A DNA stretch of 64,000 bases, from positions 134,357-198,356 of the forward strand of contig JASBSB010000001.1 of NCBI GenBank assembly GCA_030149205.1, in the 5' to 3' direction. The notes below the pieces were generated by a model. That model was not told the DNA's origin. It was given only the letters and a program-made list of their open reading frames with translations, and ran no database searches. The position numbers were made by a program, and so were the translations under genes. Shown here one piece after another: positions 54,276-63,012 of this stretch (position 1 is the first letter of the stretch; every line of letters begins with the position of its first letter). The stretch comes from Candidatus Heimdallarchaeota archaeon (GTDB lineage Archaea; Asgardarchaeota; Heimdallarchaeia; Heimdallarchaeales; Kariarchaeaceae).

Positions 54276-54899
54276 CTAAATTGCCTTCAACCAATGGAGA
54301 ACCTGTTCTCCTAACAGATCAAAAGCCTCCTTAACGTTTAATCCGGTTTTTGCAGAGGTATCAAGGTAATGTACTTCAAACTTACCTTTACTGTATGATT
54401 TGTTCAAATTGGAAATAAAGTCTTCTATTTCTTCGGCTGGAACGCCTGTCCCGTCCTCCACCAAATCAGCTTTGTTTCCAAGGATAATTAGAGGGACATG
54501 TCCTCTAGAGCTATGTTTAGATAATTCTTCTAGCCAATGTTTCAAATTTTGAAATGAGGATGGTCTCGTTCTATCGAAGACTAATATTCCACCAAAACAT
54601 CCCTTGTAATACATCGATCTCACCGAATTAAATGTTTCCTGACCTGCAAGATCCCAAATTTGAAAAGTTACATCATATTTCTTCCCATTAAACTCGTACT
54701 TCACAGATTTAGCAGCGAAATCCGCACCAATTGTTAAGATGTGCTCCTCAGTAAACCCTACACCAAGGTAATTTCGTCTTAGGCTAGTTTTTCCAACTGC
54801 ACCATCTCCCATAAGCACGAGTTTTATAAAGTAAGCAGATGGATCATCTTTCTTTGATTTTTGAGTGGTGGGTTCTGAGGACTTCTTTTTCCAAAACAA
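54276..54899 (-). CDS. Small GTPase of the Ras superfamily (Rab-like)
   Basis: G1 GDGAVGKTS, G2 TIGADF, G3 WDLAGQE, G4 GNKADL and G5 TSAKTG. It has a ~20 aa basic N-extension and no C-terminal Cys. Confidence 0.85.
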   Translation of the reverse strand: MFWKKKSSEPTTQKSKKDDPSAYFIKLVLMGDGAVGKTSLRRNYLGVGFTEEHILTIGADFAAKSVKYEFNGKKYDVTFQIWDLAGQETFNSVRSMYYKGCFGGILVFDRTRPSSFQNLKHWLEELSKHSSRGHVPLIILGNKADLVEDGTGVPAEEIEDFISNLNKSYSKGKFEVHYLDTSAKTGLNVKEAFDLLGEQVLHWLKAI

Positions 54900-55166
54900 A
54901 CTAATTCAAACCTCCGTGTAATCTGAACTATAAAAAATTACTCTATTCGAAGATAAGAATTTCTAAAATTATTTAGCAAGCTTCACAGACTTAGTAACTA
55001 TTTTAAATTGACTAAAAATCACCTACAATAAACTTTTATAGCCAATTATGATAAATACATTTGTTTACAATAGAGGTATGTAACTATTCTTTGTCCTAAA
55101 TGTCAGTCATATTTTGTAAGATACCCATGTCCGGAATGCGGAGCCACTGAGGCAGATGCAGACAAA

Positions 55167-55739
55167 TTGATGGAACAATCCGTTGATGAAGCAATAGAGA
55201 CTAAAGCCGAAGAAGTGGAACATGTTTTAACACCAAAGGAATATCTTGCCAAAAAAAAGCAGGAAGCTAACCCAGAGCCTGAAGAACGATTGCTTAAGCC
55301 TTCTGAATTGATGAAAACAAAAGAAGATATGCCAGAGCCTGAAGAATCAAAGGAAATTCAAAAACCAACTGCCAAAGAACTACCAGTGAAACCGTCAGAT
55401 GTTTATCAGAAAGCTATGGAAGAAAAATATGGGAAAGATGAGAAAAATCTCAAACCCTCTGAACTTATCAAATCACAAGACTCAAGGTTTGGAACCCCAG
55501 AATCAACTTCAAAGGATACGCTAAAGAAACCATCAGAAATTGCCAAGCAAGGTGTGATACAAAGACCCGCTCAACCTCCAAAAAAATATGACCCCGTCAT
55601 TACAGATACGCGATATATTGATGGAGACTTACCAAACCATATTGAGAGAAAAGATGGGGAAACTGATGAAGAATACAAAGAAAGAGTAAAGGACACTCTA
55701 CAAGAAGTGGTTTCATTACTTGAAAAGCTGTTAGATTAG
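55167..55739 (+). CDS. Lys/Glu/Pro-rich protein with four KPS[ED] repeats; probable N-terminal Zn-ribbon encoded upstream of the first canonical start
   Basis: The track ORF starts at TTG 55167. The in-frame upstream codons 55086-55166 encode ILCPKCQSYFVRYPCPECGATEADADK. Repeats: LKPSELMK, VKPSDVYQ, LKPSELIK and KKPSEIAK. Confidence 0.55.
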   Translation: MMEQSVDEAIETKAEEVEHVLTPKEYLAKKKQEANPEPEERLLKPSELMKTKEDMPEPEESKEIQKPTAKELPVKPSDVYQKAMEEKYGKDEKNLKPSELIKSQDSRFGTPESTSKDTLKKPSEIAKQGVIQRPAQPPKKYDPVITDTRYIDGDLPNHIERKDGETDEEYKERVKDTLQEVVSLLEKLLD

Positions 55740-55747
55740 GTGGTCTT

Positions 55748-56002
55748 ATGGTCTATAAAACCAGAATTGCTTTTTCCTGTCCAGAAGAATTGAATCAAGA
55801 ACTATTTAGGCTGGCTAAACAGCAAGGAATCCCCAAAGGAACTTTAATTTCAGAGCTTTTGGAATACGCGATATCTGTTAAATATGACTTTGAAATCGAA
55901 AAATCAAACCTCAAGAGGATCAAAGAACTCGAAACGGACATTAGAGAACTTAAGAAATGGAAACATGAAACAGAAAAGATTCTTAAAAAGCTGTCAGAAT
56001 AA
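55748..56002 (+). CDS. Ribbon-helix-helix (CopG-like) small protein with C-terminal coiled coil
   Basis: KTRIAFSCPEELNQELFRLAKQQGIPKGTLISELLEYAI fits strand-helix-helix. Confidence 0.45.
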   Translation: MVYKTRIAFSCPEELNQELFRLAKQQGIPKGTLISELLEYAISVKYDFEIEKSNLKRIKELETDIRELKKWKHETEKILKKLSE

Positions 56003-56068
56003 GAAGTAATGTGCTAAAATCTTTCAGTGCTGAGATAGTTTTAAGTTCCTTTAAAAATTATAATAACT

Positions 56069-56368
56069 ATGGTTAAAACCTTGTATTACTCCGGGGGAGA
56101 ATTTAAGGAACAAGTTAAGGGAGAAGCACTAGCCACTCTAGAGCTTATTCCTGATGGAAGCGATGGTATAGCTAATTTAAACTTTAACGGAAATGTAGGA
56201 ATCGTCAAACAAAGAACCATTATTAGACAATCAAATAACCTATGTGTCAGTGGATTCAAATTAGGTAGTGGAGAAATGATTGGAAGAAATTTCAAATTGG
56301 TGGTTCTCAATGAGGCTGAGGTTGAGGACAAATTAAAGGGTGCAAGAGACAGCTTTAAGGCGAGATAA
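56069..56368 (+). CDS. Hypothetical protein (99 aa)
   Basis: ORF only. It lies directly upstream of the EutA-like gene. Confidence 0.4.
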   Translation: MVKTLYYSGGEFKEQVKGEALATLELIPDGSDGIANLNFNGNVGIVKQRTIIRQSNNLCVSGFKLGSGEMIGRNFKLVVLNEAEVEDKLKGARDSFKAR

Positions 56369-56436
56369 ACCTGATTTAATAGAAAGTAGATGGAGCTTAT
56401 TGGTTAATTAACAAAGATTTTTGAAAACACTAAAAC

Positions 56437-57897
56437 TTGAAGCCTATGAATGACGATCGAATTGTCTTGCTCAGTGTAGGAATTGATATTGGGTCTTCTA
56501 CCAGTCACTTGGTATTTAGTAACATTACATTAGAGAGAAATGAGCATTCTTACTCAAGAAGGTTTGAAATTGTAGACAGAAAGGTTGTATTTTCATCCAT
56601 TATAATCGATACCCCCTTACTGAATCCCACAACAATAGATGTAAAACAATTGGTTAAATTCTTACAAGATCAGTACGAACTTGCAAAAATTACAAAAGAG
56701 CAGGTACAGACTGGTGTGGTCATAGTTACCGGTGAAACAGCAAAGAAGGAAAATGCAAAAGAAATAGTTGAAACCTTGGCAGAAGATGCAGGAAGCTTTG
56801 TTGCTGCAACAGCTGGACCAAATTTTGAGTCACTAATTGCAGCATATGGAAGTGGTGCAGTTCAAAGGTCAGAACGGGAAGAAATAGCAATTCTTTCATG
56901 TGATATCGGAGGAGGCACCTCGAACATTGCCATTTCTAAAGGTGGCTTAGTCCAAGAAACCTCCTGTATTTCAGTCGGAGGTCGACTCATCGCATTTGAC
57001 AAGGATAGGATTATAACCAGGATTGATGGACCAGGAAGACTGGTACTTGATGAACTGGGACTGAATCTAAATATAGGTTCTGAGATAACAGAGACCCAAC
57101 AGAAACAGGTTGCTGAAAGGCTTGCGACTGCATTACTAAATAGTATTACTCGAAACCATTCGGATAAGCTTGTTGATAAACTTCTGATGACGGAAAACGT
57201 TTCAATACCTATTTCAGAAATCGACGAGGTGTTCTACTCTGGTGGAGTCTCAGAGTTTGTTTATGGATCAAAAAGAGAGTACTATAATGATCTAGGATAC
57301 GAGCTAGGTAAAGCAATTAAGGTCAAAACAGAAGAATTAGGGATCCAAATGTTTGAACCAGAAAATAAAATTAGGGCAACGGTAATTGGTGCTGGAAACT
57401 ATACACTTCAGGTGTCAGGTTCTACCTGTTTCCTAGATGATATGGATTTTCCAATAAAAAATATACCCGTCTTGGAAGCAAACATCCAAAGAGAATTCTT
57501 GAGTGAAGATCATGTAATAGAAGAGATTTCTAAGGCTTTCAAGAGATTTGACTTCATTGAAGGAGAAGAGATAGTAGCTTTTCACTTTAAAGATCCTGTG
57601 AGAGCTGCATATCAAAAATTGAAGACCTTTGCGATCTCATTAGAGAAAGCACTTCCTAACACAATAAAGTCAGGGATACCTGTGATCTTGATTTTTGAAA
57701 GAGATATTGGAAATTCGGTTGGGAATGTAATCAGACGTGAAACAGCCATTGAAGATAATCTCATAAGTATTGATGAGATACATGTAAAAGAAGGAGATTG
57801 GATAGACATTGGCAAACCAATGGTAAGTGGTCAAGTTGTTCCAGTAACTGTCAAATCATTAGTCTTCTCCAAAACAAACAATAATAATGGAAGATAA
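56437..57897 (+). CDS. EutA-like ASKHA (actin/Hsp70-fold) ATPase
   Basis: LLSVGIDIGSSTSHLVFS (phosphate-1), VIVTGETAKKENA and SCDIGGGTSNIAI (phosphate-2). Its length is close to ethanolamine ammonia-lyase reactivase EutA. Confidence 0.7.
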   Translation: MKPMNDDRIVLLSVGIDIGSSTSHLVFSNITLERNEHSYSRRFEIVDRKVVFSSIIIDTPLLNPTTIDVKQLVKFLQDQYELAKITKEQVQTGVVIVTGETAKKENAKEIVETLAEDAGSFVAATAGPNFESLIAAYGSGAVQRSEREEIAILSCDIGGGTSNIAISKGGLVQETSCISVGGRLIAFDKDRIITRIDGPGRLVLDELGLNLNIGSEITETQQKQVAERLATALLNSITRNHSDKLVDKLLMTENVSIPISEIDEVFYSGGVSEFVYGSKREYYNDLGYELGKAIKVKTEELGIQMFEPENKIRATVIGAGNYTLQVSGSTCFLDDMDFPIKNIPVLEANIQREFLSEDHVIEEISKAFKRFDFIEGEEIVAFHFKDPVRAAYQKLKTFAISLEKALPNTIKSGIPVILIFERDIGNSVGNVIRRETAIEDNLISIDEIHVKEGDWIDIGKPMVSGQVVPVTVKSLVFSKTNNNNGR

Positions 57898-57919
57898 ACA
57901 AATTACACCTAAGACCTAT

Positions 57920-58405
57920 TCACTTTGAGTAAGCTGTTTTGATAGTCTCCCGAATATCCTGTCGAACATTCCCCGGGAGCTCTTTTAACATTTCAAGAAC
58001 GGATTTAACCTCCGTTGGAATGTCTCTTTTGACGAAATTGTCATAGCCAACAACAACTCTGGAAATGTAGCCTGACGCACAGATCTCTCCAGTTTCTTTG
58101 TTCACAATAACATGATTTGTTGTGAAGGAATGATTTCCAATCCTAGAAACATAACACAAAACTTCTACCTCATCACCAAATTTCAACGGATGGTGAAAGC
58201 TGGTCTTATGTTCAATTATTGGTAGCAAAAAATCCAACTTTTTGTGAGCTTCCCAATCCAATCCATAATACCGAAGAATTCCTAAAAAATTCTCATCAAA
58301 GTAAGTGGCAAATGACCCAAAGTACAGTATACCAGCTGCATCCGTGTCACTGAATCTCACTATCTCAGTTGTTTTATACATAGTAAATAGTCTCGAGAAG
58401 GTCAT
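57920..58405 (-). CDS. Acyl-CoA thioesterase, 4HBT/YbgC-like hotdog fold
   Basis: VRFSDTDAAGILYFGSFATYFDE carries the catalytic Asp motif. Length is also consistent. Confidence 0.8.
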   Translation of the reverse strand: MTFSRLFTMYKTTEIVRFSDTDAAGILYFGSFATYFDENFLGILRYYGLDWEAHKKLDFLLPIIEHKTSFHHPLKFGDEVEVLCYVSRIGNHSFTTNHVIVNKETGEICASGYISRVVVGYDNFVKRDIPTEVKSVLEMLKELPGNVRQDIRETIKTAYSK

Positions 58406-58460
58406 ATAAATTTAGCTTAAGAGATAAAGTTTGATGTTTACTCAACTAAATTTCCATTGA

Positions 58461-58802
58461 TCAGATTGACTTTTCTCTCAGAGTTGATATCTTTACGATG
58501 CGAGGTTTCTCAATCGTAATTGATTCTACTACCTGTCGGGAAATCCACTTTGAGATAGTCTTAAACTGTCTGATATCGTTGACTATTTCCTTTCCTCGAT
58601 TAGTTAGCTTAAACAGACTAAACCTTTGAACTACCAACCCATCATCCATAAACTCTTTTAAGAAGCGATTTGTGGTTTTAGCCTTAAGCCCAAATTCCAT
58701 AAGCTCTTTAATTGTTCCAAGTCCCAGTGAATCTAGTGCAACCAAAGTTTTTGCCCTTAATGGTGTTCGAAGGCTATAGGGATAATCATCCTTGTCGAAC
58801 AT
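58461..58802 (-). CDS. Winged-helix DNA-binding-like small protein
   Basis: LVALDSLGLGTIKELMEFGLKAKTTNRFLKEFMDDGLVVQ...KLTNRGKE has a MarR/ArsR-like layout. Confidence 0.45.
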   Translation of the reverse strand: MFDKDDYPYSLRTPLRAKTLVALDSLGLGTIKELMEFGLKAKTTNRFLKEFMDDGLVVQRFSLFKLTNRGKEIVNDIRQFKTISKWISRQVVESITIEKPRIVKISTLREKSI

Positions 58803-58843
58803 GACATCAAATGAGTTTCAAGATATAAAAACTCATGACTAAT

Positions 58844-60520
58844 TCAACTGGGTGTTAGTATATACCTAGTAAACCAATCAAATACTGCTTCAGACGAACT
58901 AATAGGATCATCTTTGGCTTTCCATGCAAGTGTGCTTATCGTATCCTCATCATTTAGGGTAAATTCATTTGAAAACAAGGATTTTCGTGTAAATTTGTAA
59001 TCTGATTCTAATATATTCCGATTTAAAAAATTTGAAAAGCTGGATTTAGCCTTAGAAAACAATGAATCAGTACGTTCGATCTCTATTTCAGAGTGGTTAA
59101 CATCACTCATTGCCTCCAGCAATTCGATAGGTGAAGCATCAAAGCTTTTGAAACTAAACATGCCCTCTGAACTCTTGTTAATTAGCAAAGCAATTGCACG
59201 AGATAAATCTAGTTCAGTTATCCATGAAATTTTATTCTTACCAGAGCTTGGTAATGAGATCCTCTGAAGTTTCACACCTTTGCAAAATTCAAATGTAAGT
59301 TCTCTATCAAAAGCACCGAAGTAGAATCCTGGTCTTAGTATGCTTAATTTGGGATAGTAGGGTTCTTCCTTTTCACTAGGCTGATCTGAAAGGTCTGGAT
59401 CAAGAGATTCTTCAACTGTATTACTTAAATTAGGGACATTGGGTTTACCATCTAAGTTAGGGACACTGGGTTTACCATCCAAGTTGGGAACGCTCGATTT
59501 ACCATCCAAGTTGGGGACATTGGGTTTACCATCTAAGTTAGGGATACCAGGCTTATTGTCTAAATTGGGGACACTGGGTTTGCCATCTAGATTAGGGACA
59601 CTGGGTTTACCATCCAAGTTGGGGACACTCGGTTTGCCATCTAAGTTGGGGACACTCGATTTGCCATCCAAGTTGGGGACACTGGGTTTACCATCTAAGT
59701 TAGGGATACTAGGCTTATTGTCTAAATTGGGGACACTCGGTTTGCCATCTAGATTGGGGACATTGGGTTTACCATGTAAATTGGGGACACTCGGTTTGCC
59801 ATCCAAGTTGGGGACACTCGGTTTGCCATCCAAGTTGGGGACACTCGGTTTGCCATCCAAGTTGGGGACACTCGGTTTGCCATCTAGATTGGGGACATTG
59901 GGTTTGCCATCCAAGTTAGGTGAAGAAGTAGAGATTTTTATATTTTTATCAGATTCCGAAGGGTCTTCATTTGTGTTTGATTTGAATCCTGTTCCTTCGG
60001 AGGACCTTATAGAATCCATCCATTCATCGTAATTTGAAGGTGTTCCAAAGTCTGAATGAGAGAAGTAGTTTTTACATACTTCAATTGCTCCAATCAAAGA
60101 CAAATGATAAGGGTCATTCGTGTCATAATCAGAGTCGGGAGAGATAAATTTCATAGAGTTCCAACTTAAGAACATTGGAACCACGCTTATGACCTGTTTG
60201 ACCTTTTTCTCCTTTGCAATAGCCAGCAAATTGATTAACCCCTGTCTATGTAGTATCATAGAATCCATTGATGAAAGTCTTGGATTCAAGGAGAAATCAA
60301 CTTGGCCGTTTACCACAATATCATTTTCTTGAAATATATGTTTTAAGCTCTCAGGATATCTGACATCTGCAAGATGTAAATCAAACCTTTGAAATATCCC
60401 TCGTGGAGCAGACCCCTCAGAGCTGCAAAATACCAGATCCTTAATTGGCATCCGTGGAATGAGATATCTTGCAAAGATACTTCCCACCAAATAATCCACT
60501 CCAAGAATGACAACTCTCAT
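58844..60520 (-). CDS. NAD-dependent epimerase/dehydratase-like (extended SDR fold, degenerate motifs) protein interrupted by an ~18.5-copy nonapeptide repeat
   Basis: N-terminal Rossmann-like MRVVILGVDYLVGS. C-terminal block ILRPGFYFGAFD...ISWITELDLSRAI. The central array of PNLDGKPSV units spans aa ~200-365. Confidence 0.7.
   Translation of the reverse strand: MRVVILGVDYLVGSIFARYLIPRMPIKDLVFCSSEGSAPRGIFQRFDLHLADVRYPESLKHIFQENDIVVNGQVDFSLNPRLSSMDSMILHRQGLINLLAIAKEKKVKQVISVVPMFLSWNSMKFISPDSDYDTNDPYHLSLIGAIEVCKNYFSHSDFGTPSNYDEWMDSIRSSEGTGFKSNTNEDPSESDKNIKISTSSPNLDGKPNVPNLDGKPSVPNLDGKPSVPNLDGKPSVPNLDGKPSVPNLHGKPNVPNLDGKPSVPNLDNKPSIPNLDGKPSVPNLDGKSSVPNLDGKPSVPNLDGKPSVPNLDGKPSVPNLDNKPGIPNLDGKPNVPNLDGKSSVPNLDGKPSVPNLDGKPNVPNLSNTVEESLDPDLSDQPSEKEEPYYPKLSILRPGFYFGAFDRELTFEFCKGVKLQRISLPSSGKNKISWITELDLSRAIALLINKSSEGMFSFKSFDASPIELLEAMSDVNHSEIEIERTDSLFSKAKSSFSNFLNRNILESDYKFTRKSLFSNEFTLNDEDTISTLAWKAKDDPISSSEAVFDWFTRYILTPS
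59425..59920. repeat. 27-bp tandem repeat array (about 18.5 units), in-frame within the CDS 58844-60520
   Basis: Plus-strand units such as ttagggacattgggtttaccatctaag and ttggggacactcggtttgccatccaag are repeated head-to-tail. Boundaries are approximate (+/- 10 nt). Confidence 0.9.
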
Positions 60521-60634
60521 AAATTAAATATTAGCTTTACGCTTAAATTTATTTTGGAAAGGAATAAACATTTGTCCGTCCAAGTTTTCCAAAAAACTTT
60601 TAATTTAGACTATGAATCATAATACTATTTTGGA

Positions 60635-60919
60635 GTGAACTTATTGGAACAAAACGATTCTGATCTAACTACTTGGTTGAGACTCGGGGAACTTGAAAAA
60701 GTGAACTTATTGGCGGTTCATTCAGATTTACCCATCGAAATATTAGTAACTGCAGCTAAAGACTCGTCTCTAAGTGTGAGGATGTCCCTACTGTCACACT
60801 TACACTCCATTTCTCCTTTAAATTTTAATATAGTAAGAATTCTTCAGATGGTTGAAACAAAAGACCCCGAAGACATTGTCAGAAAATCAGCAAGCCATAT
60901 ACTTAAGAAGGTCAGGTAG
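60635..60919 (+). CDS. Hypothetical small protein, HEAT-like repeats (tentative)
   Basis: AAKDSSLSVRMSLLSHL and DPEDIVRKSASHILKKV resemble PBS-lyase HEAT-like units. GTG start. Confidence 0.35.
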   Translation: MNLLEQNDSDLTTWLRLGELEKVNLLAVHSDLPIEILVTAAKDSSLSVRMSLLSHLHSISPLNFNIVRILQMVETKDPEDIVRKSASHILKKVR

Positions 60920-61604
60920 ATTTAATTAAATTCGCTATACGTACAGCTATAGCAGCAGCAGAAATACCATTCCCTATGTTGACCACTGATAAACCAGGGG
61001 AACAGGATTGTAGAGCAGAAAACAAGGCTGCCTCACCTTGTCCTCCTTTCCCATATCCAACAGGAGAGGGTACTGCAATTACAGGTATTGAAAACAAAGA
61101 ATTAACAACTGAGAACAGAGCACCCTCAAAACCTGCAACTACAATAACTGAGGTGAAATCTGCCTCATCAATGTTAGAATAGAGAGACGAGAGTCTTCTT
61201 AAATTTGCGACACCAACATCTTGGTAACTTTCAAAGCCTAAACCATGAAATTCTAAAGCTAATGCAATTTCTTCAACAACAGAAATATCACTTGATCCCC
61301 CAGATAGGATTAATACTTTACCTGTTCGTATCTTTGGTTTACCACCCCCAATAATATAAGTTGACCCAAATCTGGATTTTTTGTAAACTGTCACATTTTT
61401 CTCTTTTAATAGATAAGCCTGTTCCTTAGTCACTTTAGAGAGCAGAAAAAGAGTATCATTTAGATTGTCTGTGATTTGATCTAATATTTCTAGAAAGACC
61501 TCATTTGGTTTTCCTTCACAATAAATTACCTCAGTGAACCCTTGACGGTTCTCCCTATCAAACTCAAAATTAAAGTATTCACTCATTTTATTCACGACCT
61601 CCAT
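60912..61604 (-). CDS. larB: LarB-like nickel-pincer-cofactor biosynthesis protein (PurE/AIR-carboxylase-related)
   Basis: VLILSGGSSDISVVEEIALALEFHG, VIVVAGFEGALFSVVNSL and IPVIAVPSPVGYG. It overlaps larC by 17 nt. Confidence 0.8.
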   Translation of the reverse strand: MEVVNKMSEYFNFEFDRENRQGFTEVIYCEGKPNEVFLEILDQITDNLNDTLFLLSKVTKEQAYLLKEKNVTVYKKSRFGSTYIIGGGKPKIRTGKVLILSGGSSDISVVEEIALALEFHGLGFESYQDVGVANLRRLSSLYSNIDEADFTSVIVVAGFEGALFSVVNSLFSIPVIAVPSPVGYGKGGQGEAALFSALQSCSPGLSVVNIGNGISAAAIAVRIANLIKST

Positions 61605-62835
61605 CTTTAACTATATCTTGTTTCTTAGTTTTCTCCTTATTTGATTCAATCTTTTCAATAGCTTGATCAAAAGAGAGTCTTTGTTGAAGCTCTAAAGGAG
61701 TAATACCAAGATGCTTTGCTGCATTCTGAAGATCTTCAAATTCATATTTCTTGGAATATAACCCACGTTTAATTCGTATTTGTGGGTTCATGTCAACAAC
61801 AGATTCAACTTTTCTACCGCTGATATGACGGAATGCTGTCGTTATTCTAACACCTAATGTCCCAGTTTCCCTCATCACCAGTTCTGAGACCTTATCAACA
61901 TCTTGAATTTTAGTTAGTACTCTTAAACACCAACCTGGCCTGTTTTTTTTCATAATTAGAGGATAGTAGGAGACATCCAATGCACCAGCGGTTGCTAAAC
62001 TTTCAAAACTGTGACCGAGGAATTCTCCAGAGATATCATCCAAATGTGTCTCTATAACTGCAATTTCAGAGGGAGTTTGTGCTAAATAGCCAATTCTAAG
62101 TCGAAGAAAGTTTGAAAAGTTCTCGAACTCTTTGACCCCAAATCCTAATGCAGATCCAGTCCAAATTACTTGGTTCACAGATTTGAAATTCTGAAATAAT
62201 GAGCGAATAATTGACGCTCCGGTTGGTGTGAGGAACTCTCCTGAAACGATGGAGGGTACTGTCTGTAGTGGAACTCCCTCCAAAATTTTCAGAGTAACTG
62301 GACTGGGAACAGGAACGACACCATGAGAGGTTTTAACTCTTCCAGATCCGACATTAATTGGAGAAAACCCAACAAATTGAACGCTGAGAAAATCTAAGAG
62401 GTATGCTGTTGAATAAATATCAAAAAGAGTATCTAAAGTCCCAAGCTCATGTAAATGAAGATGCTTGGTTTCAACACCATGAACATCCTTTTCTGAACTT
62501 ACCAACAAATCTAGTGCTTCCTGCCCAAATGACCTGTATTTTTCTCTTAAATTAGTACTAAATTCAACTAGGTTGTTCGATAATTCTTGAACCGTTTGCC
62601 TTTTTTCGAGACCAGTTAACATGAGTTGGTAACCAGAAAATCCGTGACTATTGACCTTTTTAAGATCAATTGTTACTCCTTCGCTGACCTTTGAAAACTT
62701 GGTTAAAATGTTCTCCAAAACCTTAATTCGATCAGATTCAGATAACAGACCTAGTAAGGCTGAAACCACCATATCACCCGAAGCCCCAGCCACAGCGGCA
62801 TCAACCCAGAGAACCAAATTTGTAATTTTCTTCAA
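61588..62835 (-). CDS. larC: LarC-like nickel insertion protein (DUF111 family)
   Basis: N-terminus VLWVDAAVAGASGDMVVSALLGL (DUF111 GxSGDM motif). LHLHELGTLDTLFDI. Length about 415 aa. Confidence 0.8.
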   Translation of the reverse strand: MKKITNLVLWVDAAVAGASGDMVVSALLGLLSESDRIKVLENILTKFSKVSEGVTIDLKKVNSHGFSGYQLMLTGLEKRQTVQELSNNLVEFSTNLREKYRSFGQEALDLLVSSEKDVHGVETKHLHLHELGTLDTLFDIYSTAYLLDFLSVQFVGFSPINVGSGRVKTSHGVVPVPSPVTLKILEGVPLQTVPSIVSGEFLTPTGASIIRSLFQNFKSVNQVIWTGSALGFGVKEFENFSNFLRLRIGYLAQTPSEIAVIETHLDDISGEFLGHSFESLATAGALDVSYYPLIMKKNRPGWCLRVLTKIQDVDKVSELVMRETGTLGVRITTAFRHISGRKVESVVDMNPQIRIKRGLYSKKYEFEDLQNAAKHLGITPLELQQRLSFDQAIEKIESNKEKTKKQDIVKDGGRE

Positions 62836-63012
62836 TATGTCTGCTTATTTAGATTTTTGAAAAAATTATCTAAAGGGGGACACGAATAGAGGAATTTTAT
62901 AACACGACACTGTATTTTTGGACTCTTTTATATATTAAATTTTATATTATACGATTCCAAAGACGATAAGAAATAAATACACCTGTAGGGGAAGGTTCGA
63001 GATTGAGAATTT

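Noticed and set aside
59425-59920. Possible CRISPR array (regular short repeats in a window that also has a Cas4-like gene)
   Set aside because: The units are contiguous 27-mers with no spacers and lie in frame inside a CDS. The array is 58 kb from the Cas4-like gene, and there are no other cas genes.
59439-60032. 197-aa plus-strand ORF made of GLPSKLGTL repeats
   Set aside because: It is the antisense reading of the 27-bp repeat array. The minus-strand frame is continuous with conserved epimerase-like N- and C-terminal halves, so the plus-strand ORF is a shadow.
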